Assembly (NCBI GenBank): GCA_015492645.1
Contig: WGER01000068.1
Coordinates: 23,605 to 87,604, forward strand
Direction of reading: 5' to 3'
Source: Nitrospirota bacterium
GTDB lineage: Bacteria > Nitrospirota > Thermodesulfovibrionia > Thermodesulfovibrionales > JdFR-85
Length of the DNA: 64,000 bases
Below are positions 1-8,465 of this stretch, one piece after another. The notes below the pieces were generated by a model that worked only from the letters and a program-made list of their open reading frames with translations, made no database searches and was not told the DNA's origin. Made by a program: the position numbers and the translations under genes. How positions within the stretch are numbered: the first letter of the stretch is position 1; each line of letters begins with the position of its first letter.

Positions 1-725
1 GTCTCCTCCATAAAATTACAGAAAAAGGTGAGATGGGAGGGGAATCCACATACAAACTCGGGTCTAAATCTTCTTATCATTTCTACAAACCTTACCAGCC
101 ACTGCCTGTTAAAAAAGTTTCTTGAAATTATTAACTGATTTGCATATTTCTTGTAGGGCATAAAGTTCCTCTTACCATAGGTGATATTATGATAAAAACT
201 CACAACCCTTGAACGGGGATGGTAGCCGATCCTGCTCCAGAGGTCCACTATAGTGGCCCAGTGCTTTTCTTCGGCATCCTTGGTGGTATAGATGATTACA
301 GGTATGCCTGTTGTCCCGCCGGTCCCTGTTCTTATCATCCGCCTCCTCGGGATGTTCTCCGAAAGAAGGTCCTGCCAGTTATCCCTTACTGTCTCTTTGT
401 CAAGAAGCGGTAAGATCTCTATATCCTTGGGTTCCTGTATCTTTTCAGGGTTAAAACCATATTCACTGAAAACCCTGCGGTAGTAAGGGACGTTCTTTCC
501 CGCATGGATCAATAATGCCCTGAGTTGCTCAAATTGAAATGTCTCAATCCTCTCTCTATCCCATTCCTCGGACTCCTTTAAAAAAGCGAGCCAGTATCTG
601 AATATCGGACCATAAGATATTCCAAATCTGAACCTCACTGGCAGTCTCTCCAAGAATTCTCTTGTGATCTTCTCCACCGCCCAGTTTGACTCTATGAACC
701 TCTTTATGATCTCAATTGTTCCCAT
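1..725 (-). CDS. Adenylate-forming enzyme, phenylacetate-CoA ligase / coenzyme F390 synthetase-like (CapK family); N-terminal part, runs off the left window edge
   Basis: Absent from the ORF track because it has no stop in the window. My own translation of the minus strand from ATG 725-723 reads MGTIEIIKRFIESNWAVEKITREFLERLP...RRMIRTGTGGTTGIPVIIYTTKDAEEKHW... with no stop down to base 1. TGGTTGIP resembles the (S/T)GTTGxP AMP-binding loop of PaaK/CapK-type ligases. It overlaps the end of the GT2 gene by 22 nt. Confidence 0.6.
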   Translation of the reverse strand, partial: MGTIEIIKRFIESNWAVEKITREFLERLPVRFRFGISYGPIFRYWLAFLKESEEWDRERIETFQFEQLRALLIHAGKNVPYYRRVFSEYGFNPEKIQEPKDIEILPLLDKETVRDNWQDLLSENIPRRRMIRTGTGGTTGIPVIIYTTKDAEEKHWATIVDLWSRIGYHPRSRVVSFYHNITYGKRNFMPYKKYANQLIISRNFFNRQWLVRFVEMIRRFRPEFVCGFPSHLTFFCNFMEE

Positions 726-1738
726 TTATCAGCGAGTAAGGCATTCGTCTTTTTTATCTGGCTGTATAACCTCACTGCGTGGGGGAAACAGGAGGATGGA
801 AAGACCAAGGCCAGAATAATTATAGCAACTGTCCCAATCAGTTCATTGAAAGATGATACCCCTCTGAACAATAGGGGTATCTCTCTGAACGCCTCTGTTC
901 TTTTTCCGGATATTACTTTATAAAAAATGACCTCCTTGGCCTTTATCCTGTGAAGCATGTTTAGAATTCCTTGATGCTCCTTTATGTTATGGAAGGTTGA
1001 GAGTCTCTCTATAACTCTCTGCCTCATGTGTGCAAGATCTCTGTTGAGCAGGGCAATATCTTCATTGTTATTCCTGTCCTTTGCCAGGGTTATATTTCCA
1101 CCATGGAGCCTGTATCTGCCGAGTACCTCAGGGATATAAACCGCCCTCCCAAAACAGGATGCTATTACTGTCAGATAGAAATCTATTCCCCGCATGATAT
1201 CTTCTGGAATCGGGAATGCCCTCAGGATCTGGTCTCTCTTGAAGGCGAAGGAACTGCCACCACAGAATATCCTGCCTGATATTACGTCCTTTGTAATATA
1301 TCCATTAACACCCTCTTTATATCCAAAGGCCCTGTAAAAATTGGGGTAAATGGCCTCACCGTTGTCATCTATCAATTCGATACAGTGATATACTATTGCT
1401 GTATCCTCACTTTCAGTGAAAGGTCTTACCACCTTTTCTATCCTGTTTTTATACCATTCATCATCTGCATCAAGAAAGGTTATTATCTCTCCCTTGCTGA
1501 GCAACATACCACGGTTTCTTGCACTTGCAATACCCTTCCTCTGTTGAAAGAGATAGGTTATTCTGCCCTGATAACTCTTCAGGACCTTTTTTGTCTCATC
1601 TGTTGATCCGTCATCCACAACAATTATCTCTATCAACTCGAGGGGGTAAGTTTGGCTGAGGATGCTCTTGATTGCCCTTTCTATAAACCGACCATAATTA
1701 AAGGCTGGAATGATTACACTAACGGTGGTACTATCCAT
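704..1738 (-). CDS. Family 2 glycosyltransferase (GT-A fold)
   Basis: ORF 704..1762. VSVIIPAFNYGRFIERAIKSILSQTYPLELIEIIVVDDGSTDET and FLDADDEW (DxD) are the classic GT2 signature. The track start is TTG, so I prefer the first ATG (MDSTTVSV) at 1738. Confidence 0.8.
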   Translation of the reverse strand: MDSTTVSVIIPAFNYGRFIERAIKSILSQTYPLELIEIIVVDDGSTDETKKVLKSYQGRITYLFQQRKGIASARNRGMLLSKGEIITFLDADDEWYKNRIEKVVRPFTESEDTAIVYHCIELIDDNGEAIYPNFYRAFGYKEGVNGYITKDVISGRIFCGGSSFAFKRDQILRAFPIPEDIMRGIDFYLTVIASCFGRAVYIPEVLGRYRLHGGNITLAKDRNNNEDIALLNRDLAHMRQRVIERLSTFHNIKEHQGILNMLHRIKAKEVIFYKVISGKRTEAFREIPLLFRGVSSFNELIGTVAIIILALVFPSSCFPHAVRLYSQIKKTNALLADKWEQLRS

Positions 1739-1745
1739 CACAATA

Positions 1746-1775
1746 ATAATAAAAATTATCAAATTAATTTTTCAA
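1746..1775 (-). promoter_or_regulatory. Putative sigma-70-type promoter of the GT2 gene, predicting a leaderless or near-leaderless mRNA
   Basis: Minus strand reads TTGAAA (1775-1770) - 18 nt - TATTAT (1751-1746) - 7 nt - ATG (1738). No Shine-Dalgarno sequence. Confidence 0.4.
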
Positions 1776-1779
1776 TTCA

Positions 1780-1847
1780 AGACTGACTCTCCAGAGTTGC
1801 CGCTTATTGTAGTTTTTGACCAAAAGTCTAACGGTAAAGTCGGGGCT
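1780..1847 (+). repeat. Intergenic mosaic repeat, locus A (right part of M2 region + M3 module)
   Basis: GAGTTGCCGCTTATTGTAGTTTTTGACCAAAAGTCTAACGGTAAAGTCGGGGCT aligns with 29424-29480 (GAGTTCCTGCTGCCCACTGTAGTTTTGACCGAAAGCCTAACGACAAATCTGGGACC) and with 8195-8227. Confidence 0.7.
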
Positions 1848-1882
1848 AATAGTGTAGTTTGTGCAAACACCCCGTTTCAGGT

Positions 1883-1888
1883 TAAAAT
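1883..1888 (+). promoter_or_regulatory. Putative -10 box upstream of rluB (near-leaderless)
   Basis: TAAAAT at 1883-1888, 9 nt before ATG 1898. No Shine-Dalgarno sequence. The -35 is weak (TTGTGC around 1859). Confidence 0.35.
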
Positions 1889-1897
1889 TAAAGTTCT

Positions 1898-2623
1898 ATG
1901 GAAGAGCGGATTCAGAAGATTCTGGCGAGGATGGGGGTCGCATCACGGAGGGCGGCTGAGGAGATGATCCGTGAAGGGAGGGTAACGGTTAATGGACAGG
2001 TGGCCACCATAGGGATGAAGGCAGACCCTGACAGGGACCACATAAAGGTTGATGGCAGGCTTCTTCTGAGACCTGAGCCAAGGGCATACCTCATCCTCAA
2101 TAAACCAAAGGGGGTACTGACCACACTTGAGGACCCGGAGGGCAGACCCACAATCAAGGAACTCTTAAAGGGGGTAAAGTTCAGGGTCTATCCCGTGGGC
2201 CGGCTGGACTTCAACTCAGAGGGACTGCTTATACTTACCAATGATGGGGACCTTGCCTACAGACTGATACACCCAAAGTTCAAGGTCCCAAAGACCTATC
2301 TTGTTAAGGTGAAGGGGATAGTGGAAGAGAAGAAACTCGATCTACTGAGGCGGGGAATAAGGCTTGAAGAGGGCGTCACTGCACCTGCAGAGATAAGGAG
2401 GGTTTTCATGCCAAGGACAAAGAACAACACCTGGCTCGAGATAACCCTCCATGAGGGTAAGAAGAGACAGATAAGGAGGATGTTTGAGAAGATCAGGCAT
2501 CCTGTGCTTAAACTGAAGAGGATCAGGATAGATGGTATAAGGCTTGGAGACCTGAAACCAGGGCAGTGGAGATATCTCAGTCCAGAAGAGGTGAAGAAAC
2601 TGAAGGCAGCAGTTGGGTTATAA
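1898..2623 (+). CDS. rluB: Pseudouridine synthase, RsuA/RluB family, with N-terminal S4 RNA-binding domain
   Basis: S4 motif RIQKILARMGVASRRAAEEMIREGRVTVNG, followed by the catalytic core VGRLDFNSEGLLILTNDGDL. Confidence 0.85.
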   Translation: MEERIQKILARMGVASRRAAEEMIREGRVTVNGQVATIGMKADPDRDHIKVDGRLLLRPEPRAYLILNKPKGVLTTLEDPEGRPTIKELLKGVKFRVYPVGRLDFNSEGLLILTNDGDLAYRLIHPKFKVPKTYLVKVKGIVEEKKLDLLRRGIRLEEGVTAPAEIRRVFMPRTKNNTWLEITLHEGKKRQIRRMFEKIRHPVLKLKRIRIDGIRLGDLKPGQWRYLSPEEVKKLKAAVGL

Positions 2624-2647
2624 TAAAAGATTAGTGGAGGTTAGGGG

Positions 2648-4420
2648 ATGTTCAGAGATAAGTGTTGTGGAGAGGTTGGAGAAAGGGACATTGGGAGGAT
2701 TCTGACACTGTCAGGCTGGGTCTTCCGGAGAAGGGACCACGGTGGTCTCATCTTCGTGGACCTGAGGGACAGGACCGGCATAATACAGGTGGTCTTCTCA
2801 CCAGAGGTCTCCCCTGACTCCCATGAACTGGCCCATACACTCAGAACAGAGTATGTGATAACGGTCAGGGGGGAGGTGAGGAGGAGGCCAGAGGGTACCG
2901 AAAACCCTGATATCCCAACAGGTAATTTAGAACTCTATGTGTCTGAACTGAGGATACTCTCCAGGGCCGCCCCTCTACCGTTCATGCTCGACGAACCCAA
3001 GGAGGTATCGGAGTACCTCAGACTGAAATTCAGATACCTGGACCTCCGGAGACCGGAGATGTACCGTAACCTACTGATGAGACACAGGGTCACAAAACTT
3101 GTAAGGGACTTCATGGACTCCAAGGGCTTCCTGGAGATAGAGACCCCGATGCTCACAAAGTCAACCCCTGAAGGTGCAAGGGATTACTTGGTGCCGAGCA
3201 GGGTCAACCCGGGCCACTTCTATGCACTCCCACAGTCACCTCAATTATTCAAACAGATACTGATGGTGGCAGGTGTGGACAGGTACTTCCAGATCGTTAA
3301 GTGCTTCAGAGACGAAGACCTGAGGGCCGATCGGCAGCCCGAGTTCACGCAGATTGATGTTGAGATGTCATTTGTGGACATGGAGGATGTAATAAACTTA
3401 GTTGAGGAGATGCTCTCATTTGTCTTCAGAGAGGCCCTCTCTGTTGACCTCTCCAGACCCTTCCCGAGGTTCACTTACGCAGAGGCGATGGAGAGGTTTG
3501 GTACTGACAAGCCCGACCTCAGGCTGGATCTCGAACTGAAGGAGATGGGAGACCTTGCTGAAAAGGGCAGTTTCAGGGTGTTCCTTGATGCGATTAGTGA
3601 CGGTGGAAGGGTGAAGGGGCTCTGTGGAAAGGGGATGGCGGGGCTCTCCCGAAGAGAGATTGATCTCCTCACTGAAGAGGCTCAATCCTATGGGGCAAAG
3701 GGGCTTGCCTGGATAAAGGTTAAGGGAGGCTTTGACTCCCCAATTGCCAAGTTCTTCCCCACGCAGGTGCTTGAGCAGATGGCAGAGAGGCTGGGCGCAG
3801 AGGATGGAGACCTCATGCTCTTCGTGGCTGACTCGGAGGAGGTTGTCCATAACACCTTGGGGCGGCTCAGGGTCTCCATTGGCAGGAGACAGGGGCTCAT
3901 GAGGGATGGCTACAGTTTCTGCTGGATACTGGACTTCCCCCTCCTTGAATGGGACCCTGATGAAGGGAGGTTCGTGGCGATGCACCATCCCTTCACGAGC
4001 CCGAAGGAGGAAGATATACCGCTGCTTCTGGAGGCCGACCCACAGGACAGACAGACACTGGCATCACTGAAGGCGAGGGCCTATGACATAGTGCTGAATG
4101 GCTATGAGATAGGTGGTGGTAGCATAAGGATACACAGGCCCGATATCCAGAAGAAACTCTTTGAGGTATTGAACCTCTCCCATGATGAGGTGGAAGAGAA
4201 ATTCGGCTTTCTCATAGAGGCATTGAAGTATGGGGCCCCTCCCCATGGAGGCATAGCCCTCGGACTGGACAGACTGCTGATGCTGATGGTTGGTGCCGAC
4301 AGCATCAGGGATGTTATAGCCTTTCCGAAGACCCAGAAGGCCCAGTGCCTGCTGAGTGGTGCCCCATCACCTGTTCAGGAGAGGCAGTTAAAGGAGTTAC
4401 ACATCAAACTGGACCTGTAG
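2648..4420 (+). CDS. aspS: Aspartate--tRNA ligase (bacterial type, 590 aa)
   Basis: FRRRDHGGLIFVDLRDRTG, QSPQLFKQILMVAG, FRDEDLRADRQPEFTQID, GGGSIRIH and GLDRLLML are class IIb AspRS motifs. GGAGG lies upstream of the ATG. Confidence 0.95.
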   Translation: MFRDKCCGEVGERDIGRILTLSGWVFRRRDHGGLIFVDLRDRTGIIQVVFSPEVSPDSHELAHTLRTEYVITVRGEVRRRPEGTENPDIPTGNLELYVSELRILSRAAPLPFMLDEPKEVSEYLRLKFRYLDLRRPEMYRNLLMRHRVTKLVRDFMDSKGFLEIETPMLTKSTPEGARDYLVPSRVNPGHFYALPQSPQLFKQILMVAGVDRYFQIVKCFRDEDLRADRQPEFTQIDVEMSFVDMEDVINLVEEMLSFVFREALSVDLSRPFPRFTYAEAMERFGTDKPDLRLDLELKEMGDLAEKGSFRVFLDAISDGGRVKGLCGKGMAGLSRREIDLLTEEAQSYGAKGLAWIKVKGGFDSPIAKFFPTQVLEQMAERLGAEDGDLMLFVADSEEVVHNTLGRLRVSIGRRQGLMRDGYSFCWILDFPLLEWDPDEGRFVAMHHPFTSPKEEDIPLLLEADPQDRQTLASLKARAYDIVLNGYEIGGGSIRIHRPDIQKKLFEVLNLSHDEVEEKFGFLIEALKYGAPPHGGIALGLDRLLMLMVGADSIRDVIAFPKTQKAQCLLSGAPSPVQERQLKELHIKLDL

Positions 4421-4429
4421 GAGACACTG

Positions 4430-6217
4430 ATGCTTAGACTGAAGAGGACATATGCGATAACCAGAGGTAAGGTGATCTTTGACTACACATCACTTTACTG
4501 TGAAACTCCGGAGGCACTCCTCAGAAGTCCCCTCTTTGAGGAGGTGATCAGGAGGTTTATAAGAAGACATGCCAGCAAGGGGAGTTCCATCTTTGCATTC
4601 CTCAGTTACAATCTCCCCTGGACCTCCAGGGATGAACTGCCCTTCGAGGTGGTCAAACTATTCCGGCTCCTCTTCAGTTACACTGCCGACGAGGTAGCCT
4701 CCATGCACGAGCAATACAGGCCCATACTCTCAGACAGGGAGAACCTCTATGAGTTTGTGGAAGAACTCTACAACTACTGGAGGAGGTTTGAGAGGTTCTT
4801 TTATATAGAGGCCCCTGAGCGGTCCAACCTGCCAAGGAGCACCATCCACCATGCCCAGTTCATCAAGGCAAATGAAGAATTAAAAAATCTTGTCCTTTAT
4901 GTATATAGAAAGATAAGCGAACATATAACAGGAAAGAACCCGAGGGTATACAGGCAGTTGCCTGCAGGTGCAAATATGGGTATGCTCCTTGAGAGGATCC
5001 CCTGGAGGTGTCCTGACAGATACAGGAGACTCCTTGAGGTCCCGTTCATCAGGCTCACCCTGATGGAACCCCCCCTCATCCTGTATCCTGAGATGAACAG
5101 GAGGAAGGGAAGGTTTGAGGAGGTCCATGATATACCCGATGGCGTTCTGGATATAGACCCCTCTGAGTGGTACTGCTTCCCTGCAAAGGTGGGGGAACTG
5201 AATGGGTTTATATACTTCCACCAGGACTTCATATCTCTGGGACTGTCACTTTCAAACCTCTTTGAGATCGCTGATTACGAAGACATACACAATCAGAGGC
5301 CTGACCTGATACTGGTGTTTGGCATCAGGGGGCTCTCCTCAGCAGAGGAGGGTGTGAAGACGGTCTTCTTTGATGACAGGGAAAATGATCTGATGGTTGG
5401 GTTGATTGAACATTCCCCTGAGGTGGACTACTTTGGCTACTTCAAGAAGATGACCCTCACGCTTCACAACATCGTGATGATAAAGAGGGGCAGACTCCCC
5501 CTCCATGGTGCAATGGTCTGTTTAAAACTGAAGGGTGGTGAGAGCGCAAATGTGATACTTGTTGGTGACAGCGGTGCCGGTAAGTCAGAGACACTGGAGG
5601 CATTGAGGGTCCTGGCTGATGAGTACATCTGTGAGATGAGGGTGATCTTTGATGATATGGGTTCCCTCGGTTTAGATGCCACCGGAAGGGTGGTCGGGTA
5701 CGGAACCGAGATAGGTGCCTTTGTGAGACTTGATGACCTGCAGCCAGGGTATGCATACGAGGAGATAGACCGGAGCATCTTCATGAACCCTGACAAGACG
5801 AATGCCAGACTGATAATCCCGGTCACCAGATACCACCATGTGGTGAAGGGATACCCTGTTGACTTCTTTCTCTACGCGAACAACTATGAGCAGGTGGACA
5901 GTGAACACCCTGTGATAGAGTTCTTCCATACCCCTGAGGAGGCATTGGAGGTCTTTCGGCACGGGGCAAGGCTGGCAAAGGGGACAACGGATGAGGTGGG
6001 TCTCGTGCATACCTACTTTGCCAACCCCTTTGGTGCCCCCCAGAGGAGGGACGACCATGAGGTCCTTGCCAGCAGATACTTTGAACTGATGTTCCATCAG
6101 GCTGTGGCTGTGGGCCAGATAAGGACAAGGCTGGGGATCGAGGGATATGAGCAGGAGGGTCCAAAGGAGGCAGCAAAGGGCCTCTTTGAGGTGATGAGAA
6201 GGAGGACGGGCTTCTGA
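4430..6217 (+). CDS. Uncharacterised protein with HprK/PEPCK-superfamily P-loop domain in its C-terminal half
   Basis: LPLHGAMVCLKLKGGESANVILVGDSGAGKSETLEALRVLADEY...VIFDDMG resembles the HPr kinase GxSGxGKSE P-loop followed by DD, and the PEPCK-ATP kinase-1a region. The roughly 350 aa N-terminal region has no motif I recognise. AGGAG lies 6 nt upstream of the ATG. The gene starts 9 nt after the aspS stop and overlaps the next gene by 1 nt (TGATG). Confidence 0.55.
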   Translation: MLRLKRTYAITRGKVIFDYTSLYCETPEALLRSPLFEEVIRRFIRRHASKGSSIFAFLSYNLPWTSRDELPFEVVKLFRLLFSYTADEVASMHEQYRPILSDRENLYEFVEELYNYWRRFERFFYIEAPERSNLPRSTIHHAQFIKANEELKNLVLYVYRKISEHITGKNPRVYRQLPAGANMGMLLERIPWRCPDRYRRLLEVPFIRLTLMEPPLILYPEMNRRKGRFEEVHDIPDGVLDIDPSEWYCFPAKVGELNGFIYFHQDFISLGLSLSNLFEIADYEDIHNQRPDLILVFGIRGLSSAEEGVKTVFFDDRENDLMVGLIEHSPEVDYFGYFKKMTLTLHNIVMIKRGRLPLHGAMVCLKLKGGESANVILVGDSGAGKSETLEALRVLADEYICEMRVIFDDMGSLGLDATGRVVGYGTEIGAFVRLDDLQPGYAYEEIDRSIFMNPDKTNARLIIPVTRYHHVVKGYPVDFFLYANNYEQVDSEHPVIEFFHTPEEALEVFRHGARLAKGTTDEVGLVHTYFANPFGAPQRRDDHEVLASRYFELMFHQAVAVGQIRTRLGIEGYEQEGPKEAAKGLFEVMRRRTGF

Positions 6218-8097
6218 TGAAGGTTACCCTACATGATGGGACTATTCTGGAGGTCTCAGAGGGTGAGACCCTCTATGAGGTCCTCACCCGGAGTGGTATA
6301 TATCTGACCGCCTCCTGTGGCGGGAAGGGTGTATGTGGAAAGTGCAGGGTGAAGGTCCTTGATGGCGAGTTTGATTGTCGTGGCTATGCCAAACTCACAA
6401 AGGCGGAAATCGATGCGGGCATTGTCCTCGCCTGCCAGACGGTGCCAAGGACCGACCTCAGGATCGAGATCCCCCAGGAGTCAAGACTCACCGTTGGCGA
6501 CAGGATAGCACTCTCAAGGACGAAGGACCTTGCTGGAATCCTACAGGACTATGGCGCCTCTGTATCACCCCTTATCAGGAGGACCACCCTTCAACTGCCA
6601 CCTCCAAGCCTTGACGACAACCTCTCTGACCTAGAAAGGATAAAAAGATCACTCGATGAAGAGGGTATAACGCTGAGGTATCCGAGGAGGTTCTTCGAAG
6701 ACCTCGCCCAGCACCTCAGAAGGCACCAGTGGGGGGTGAACCTCTGCTGGCAGCCTGACAACAGAGATGCCCTGTTTATAGAGCCCCTGTCATCAGAGAA
6801 GAGATACGGCCTGGCAGTGGATGTGGGCACGACCACAGTGGTCGTTTACCTGGTGGACCTTGACACAGGGGAGGTGATAGACACTGGCTCCACCTATAAC
6901 TCCCAGATGAGATACGGTGATGATGTGATAACAAGGATCATAAATGCCACAGAGGGAGGTCTCCTGAGAGAACTGAGAAAGGCGGTGATAGAGGATGTGA
7001 ATGACCTGCTGGAGGTTATGTTAAAGAGACACGGGCTGGACAGGAGGAAGGTAGAGTCTGTCTCTATTGCTGGCAACACCACAATGAGTCACCTGTTCTG
7101 GGGACTTGATCCCGAGTTTATAAGGCTCGACCCCTACATACCAACGATCAATCTGTTTCCAGTCTGGTATGCAAGGGAAGCGGGATTGAGGACAAATCCT
7201 GATGCACCTGTCTTCACCCTGCCCTGTGTGGCCAGTTATGTGGGTGGGGATATAGTGGCAGGTGTGCTTGCCACAGGTATCCACAGGCGGCACGAACTCT
7301 CCCTGTTCATGGATATCGGCACGAACGGGGAGATCGTGATAGGCAACAGGGACTGGCTTGTCACAGCAGCCTGCTCTGCTGGTCCCTGCTTTGAGGGGAG
7401 CGGTATAAAATGCGGGATGAGGGCGACAGAGGGCGCGATTGAGGGGGTGAGGATTGACCCTGTCACCCTTGAACCTGAACTGAAGGTAATAGGTGACACC
7501 AGACCCATGGGTATATGTGGCTCAGGGATGATCGATGCAGTGGCCGAGATGTTCCTGAAAGGGGTGGTTGACCAGAAGGGCAGGCTCCAGGATACCCCCA
7601 ACAATGCAAGGGTGAGAGAGGGAGAGGATGGTCTTGAGTACCTATTTTACGGCGAGGACAACAGAGAGGTGGTACTCACCCAGGTTGACCTGGATAACCT
7701 GATAAGGGCAAAGGGTGCTATATTTGCAGGAATATCACTGCTCCTTAAGGAGGTCGGCCTTGACCTGAACTCCATAGAGAAGGTCTACATAGCAGGTGGC
7801 TTTGGTAATTATATAGACGTCAGGAAGGCGATAGTGCTTGGTATGTTGCCAGACCTGCCTGAAGAGAGGTTCCAGTTCGTGGGCAATACATCTGTCGCAG
7901 GGGCCTACCTCTGCCTGCTGTCAGAGGATATGAGGAGGGAGGCGGAGACCGTGGCATCTATGATGACCTATATTGAACTGTCGATGAAGCCGAACTACAT
8001 GGACGAGTTTATGTCAGCCCTCTTTCTGCCACATACAGACCTGGGCCTCTTTCCCACAGTCAGGGGCCTCCTTCAGGAGATGAGTAAAAACTCCTGA
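6217..8097 (+). CDS. 2Fe-2S ferredoxin domain fused to an ASKHA-type ATPase (DUF4445; RACo-like reductive activator of corrinoid proteins)
   Basis: N-terminal plant-type ferredoxin motif SCGGKGVCGKCRVKV...LACQT. The ASKHA phosphate-1 motif YGLAVDVGTTTVVVYLVD is followed by FMDIGTNGEIV and AGGFGNY. This architecture is typical of the RACo/AcsV family. Confidence 0.75.
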   Translation: MKVTLHDGTILEVSEGETLYEVLTRSGIYLTASCGGKGVCGKCRVKVLDGEFDCRGYAKLTKAEIDAGIVLACQTVPRTDLRIEIPQESRLTVGDRIALSRTKDLAGILQDYGASVSPLIRRTTLQLPPPSLDDNLSDLERIKRSLDEEGITLRYPRRFFEDLAQHLRRHQWGVNLCWQPDNRDALFIEPLSSEKRYGLAVDVGTTTVVVYLVDLDTGEVIDTGSTYNSQMRYGDDVITRIINATEGGLLRELRKAVIEDVNDLLEVMLKRHGLDRRKVESVSIAGNTTMSHLFWGLDPEFIRLDPYIPTINLFPVWYAREAGLRTNPDAPVFTLPCVASYVGGDIVAGVLATGIHRRHELSLFMDIGTNGEIVIGNRDWLVTAACSAGPCFEGSGIKCGMRATEGAIEGVRIDPVTLEPELKVIGDTRPMGICGSGMIDAVAEMFLKGVVDQKGRLQDTPNNARVREGEDGLEYLFYGEDNREVVLTQVDLDNLIRAKGAIFAGISLLLKEVGLDLNSIEKVYIAGGFGNYIDVRKAIVLGMLPDLPEERFQFVGNTSVAGAYLCLLSEDMRREAETVASMMTYIELSMKPNYMDEFMSALFLPHTDLGLFPTVRGLLQEMSKNS

Positions 8098-8107
8098 CCC
8101 CTTCTGT

Positions 8108-8227
8108 TGCCTAAATTGCCGTTAGAATCTTTCGGTAAGGGTCCCAGGAAAGTCGGAGATTTTTCTGGGCAGGACCCCCAGCCACCTTTTATGTCTTTTG
8201 ACCAAAGTCTAACGGCAGTCTGGGACC
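8108..8227. repeat. Intergenic mosaic repeat, locus B part 1 (inverted M3 - M2 hairpin - M3)
   Basis: CTAAATTGCCGTTAGAATCTTTCGGTAAG (8111-8139) is the inverted complement of the M3 core TTGACCAAAGTCTAACGGCAGT (8198-8219). Between them lies the M2 hairpin CCCAGGAAAGTCGGAGATTTTTCTGGG (8143-8169). Confidence 0.75.
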
Positions 8228-8270
8228 TAACCCCAAATCCGAATTTGACTGAAGTTCAAAATGTTTTCCT

Positions 8271-8413
8271 CTGTCAGGGCAACTTGCCTCAGAACTGAAT
8301 TAATGCGATAGGATTTTATTAAGATCAGGGCTCATCGCATTCAGTTTATGGATGAAGGCTATACATCCGGTCTTACGCACTGGTGGTATCGCTGAATTCA
8401 GGTTCTTCGGCAA
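8271..8413 (+). repeat. Intergenic mosaic repeat, locus B part 2 (M4 - M1)
   Basis: M4 is GCCTCAGAACTGAATTAATGCGATAGGATTTTATTAAGATCAGG (8286-8329), with internal hairpin 8293-8309 / 8334-8346. M1 is CGCACTGGTGGTATCGCTGAATTCAGGTTCTTCGGC (from 8376). Confidence 0.7.
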
Positions 8414-8465
8414 GTTGTCCTGACACTGACTATGGTCAATTTAGGATTTTGGCTAATCCAAATCC

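Noticed and set aside
8143-8169. CAGGAAAGTCGGAG resembles the RNase P RNA P4 motif GAGGAAAGUCCGG.
   Set aside because: The same hairpin recurs at 29396 and 19683 as a simple stem-loop. The partner P4 strand (ACAGAAnCCGGCUUA-like) and other universally conserved RNase P elements are absent.
8107-8298. Small ORFs spanning the repeat modules: 8107..8298, 29093..29371, 29019..29289, 48097..48312 and 19589..19777.
   Set aside because: The shared nucleotide modules fall in different reading frames in the different copies. For example, AACATGATTTATGCGACA reads NMIYAT at 48136 but HDLCD at 29271. Conservation is therefore at the nucleotide or structure level, not the protein level. Several also start with TTG or GTG and lack an RBS.
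8261-8311. 16-codon mini-ORF (MFSSVRATCLRTELMR) after the first M3 copy in locus B, considered as a vestigial start codon carried by the cassette.
   Set aside because: The TTGACC-to-ATG distance is 63 nt, against 78-82 nt at the three gene-proximal copies. There is no RBS, no -10 box at the right spacing, and no conservation in other copies.
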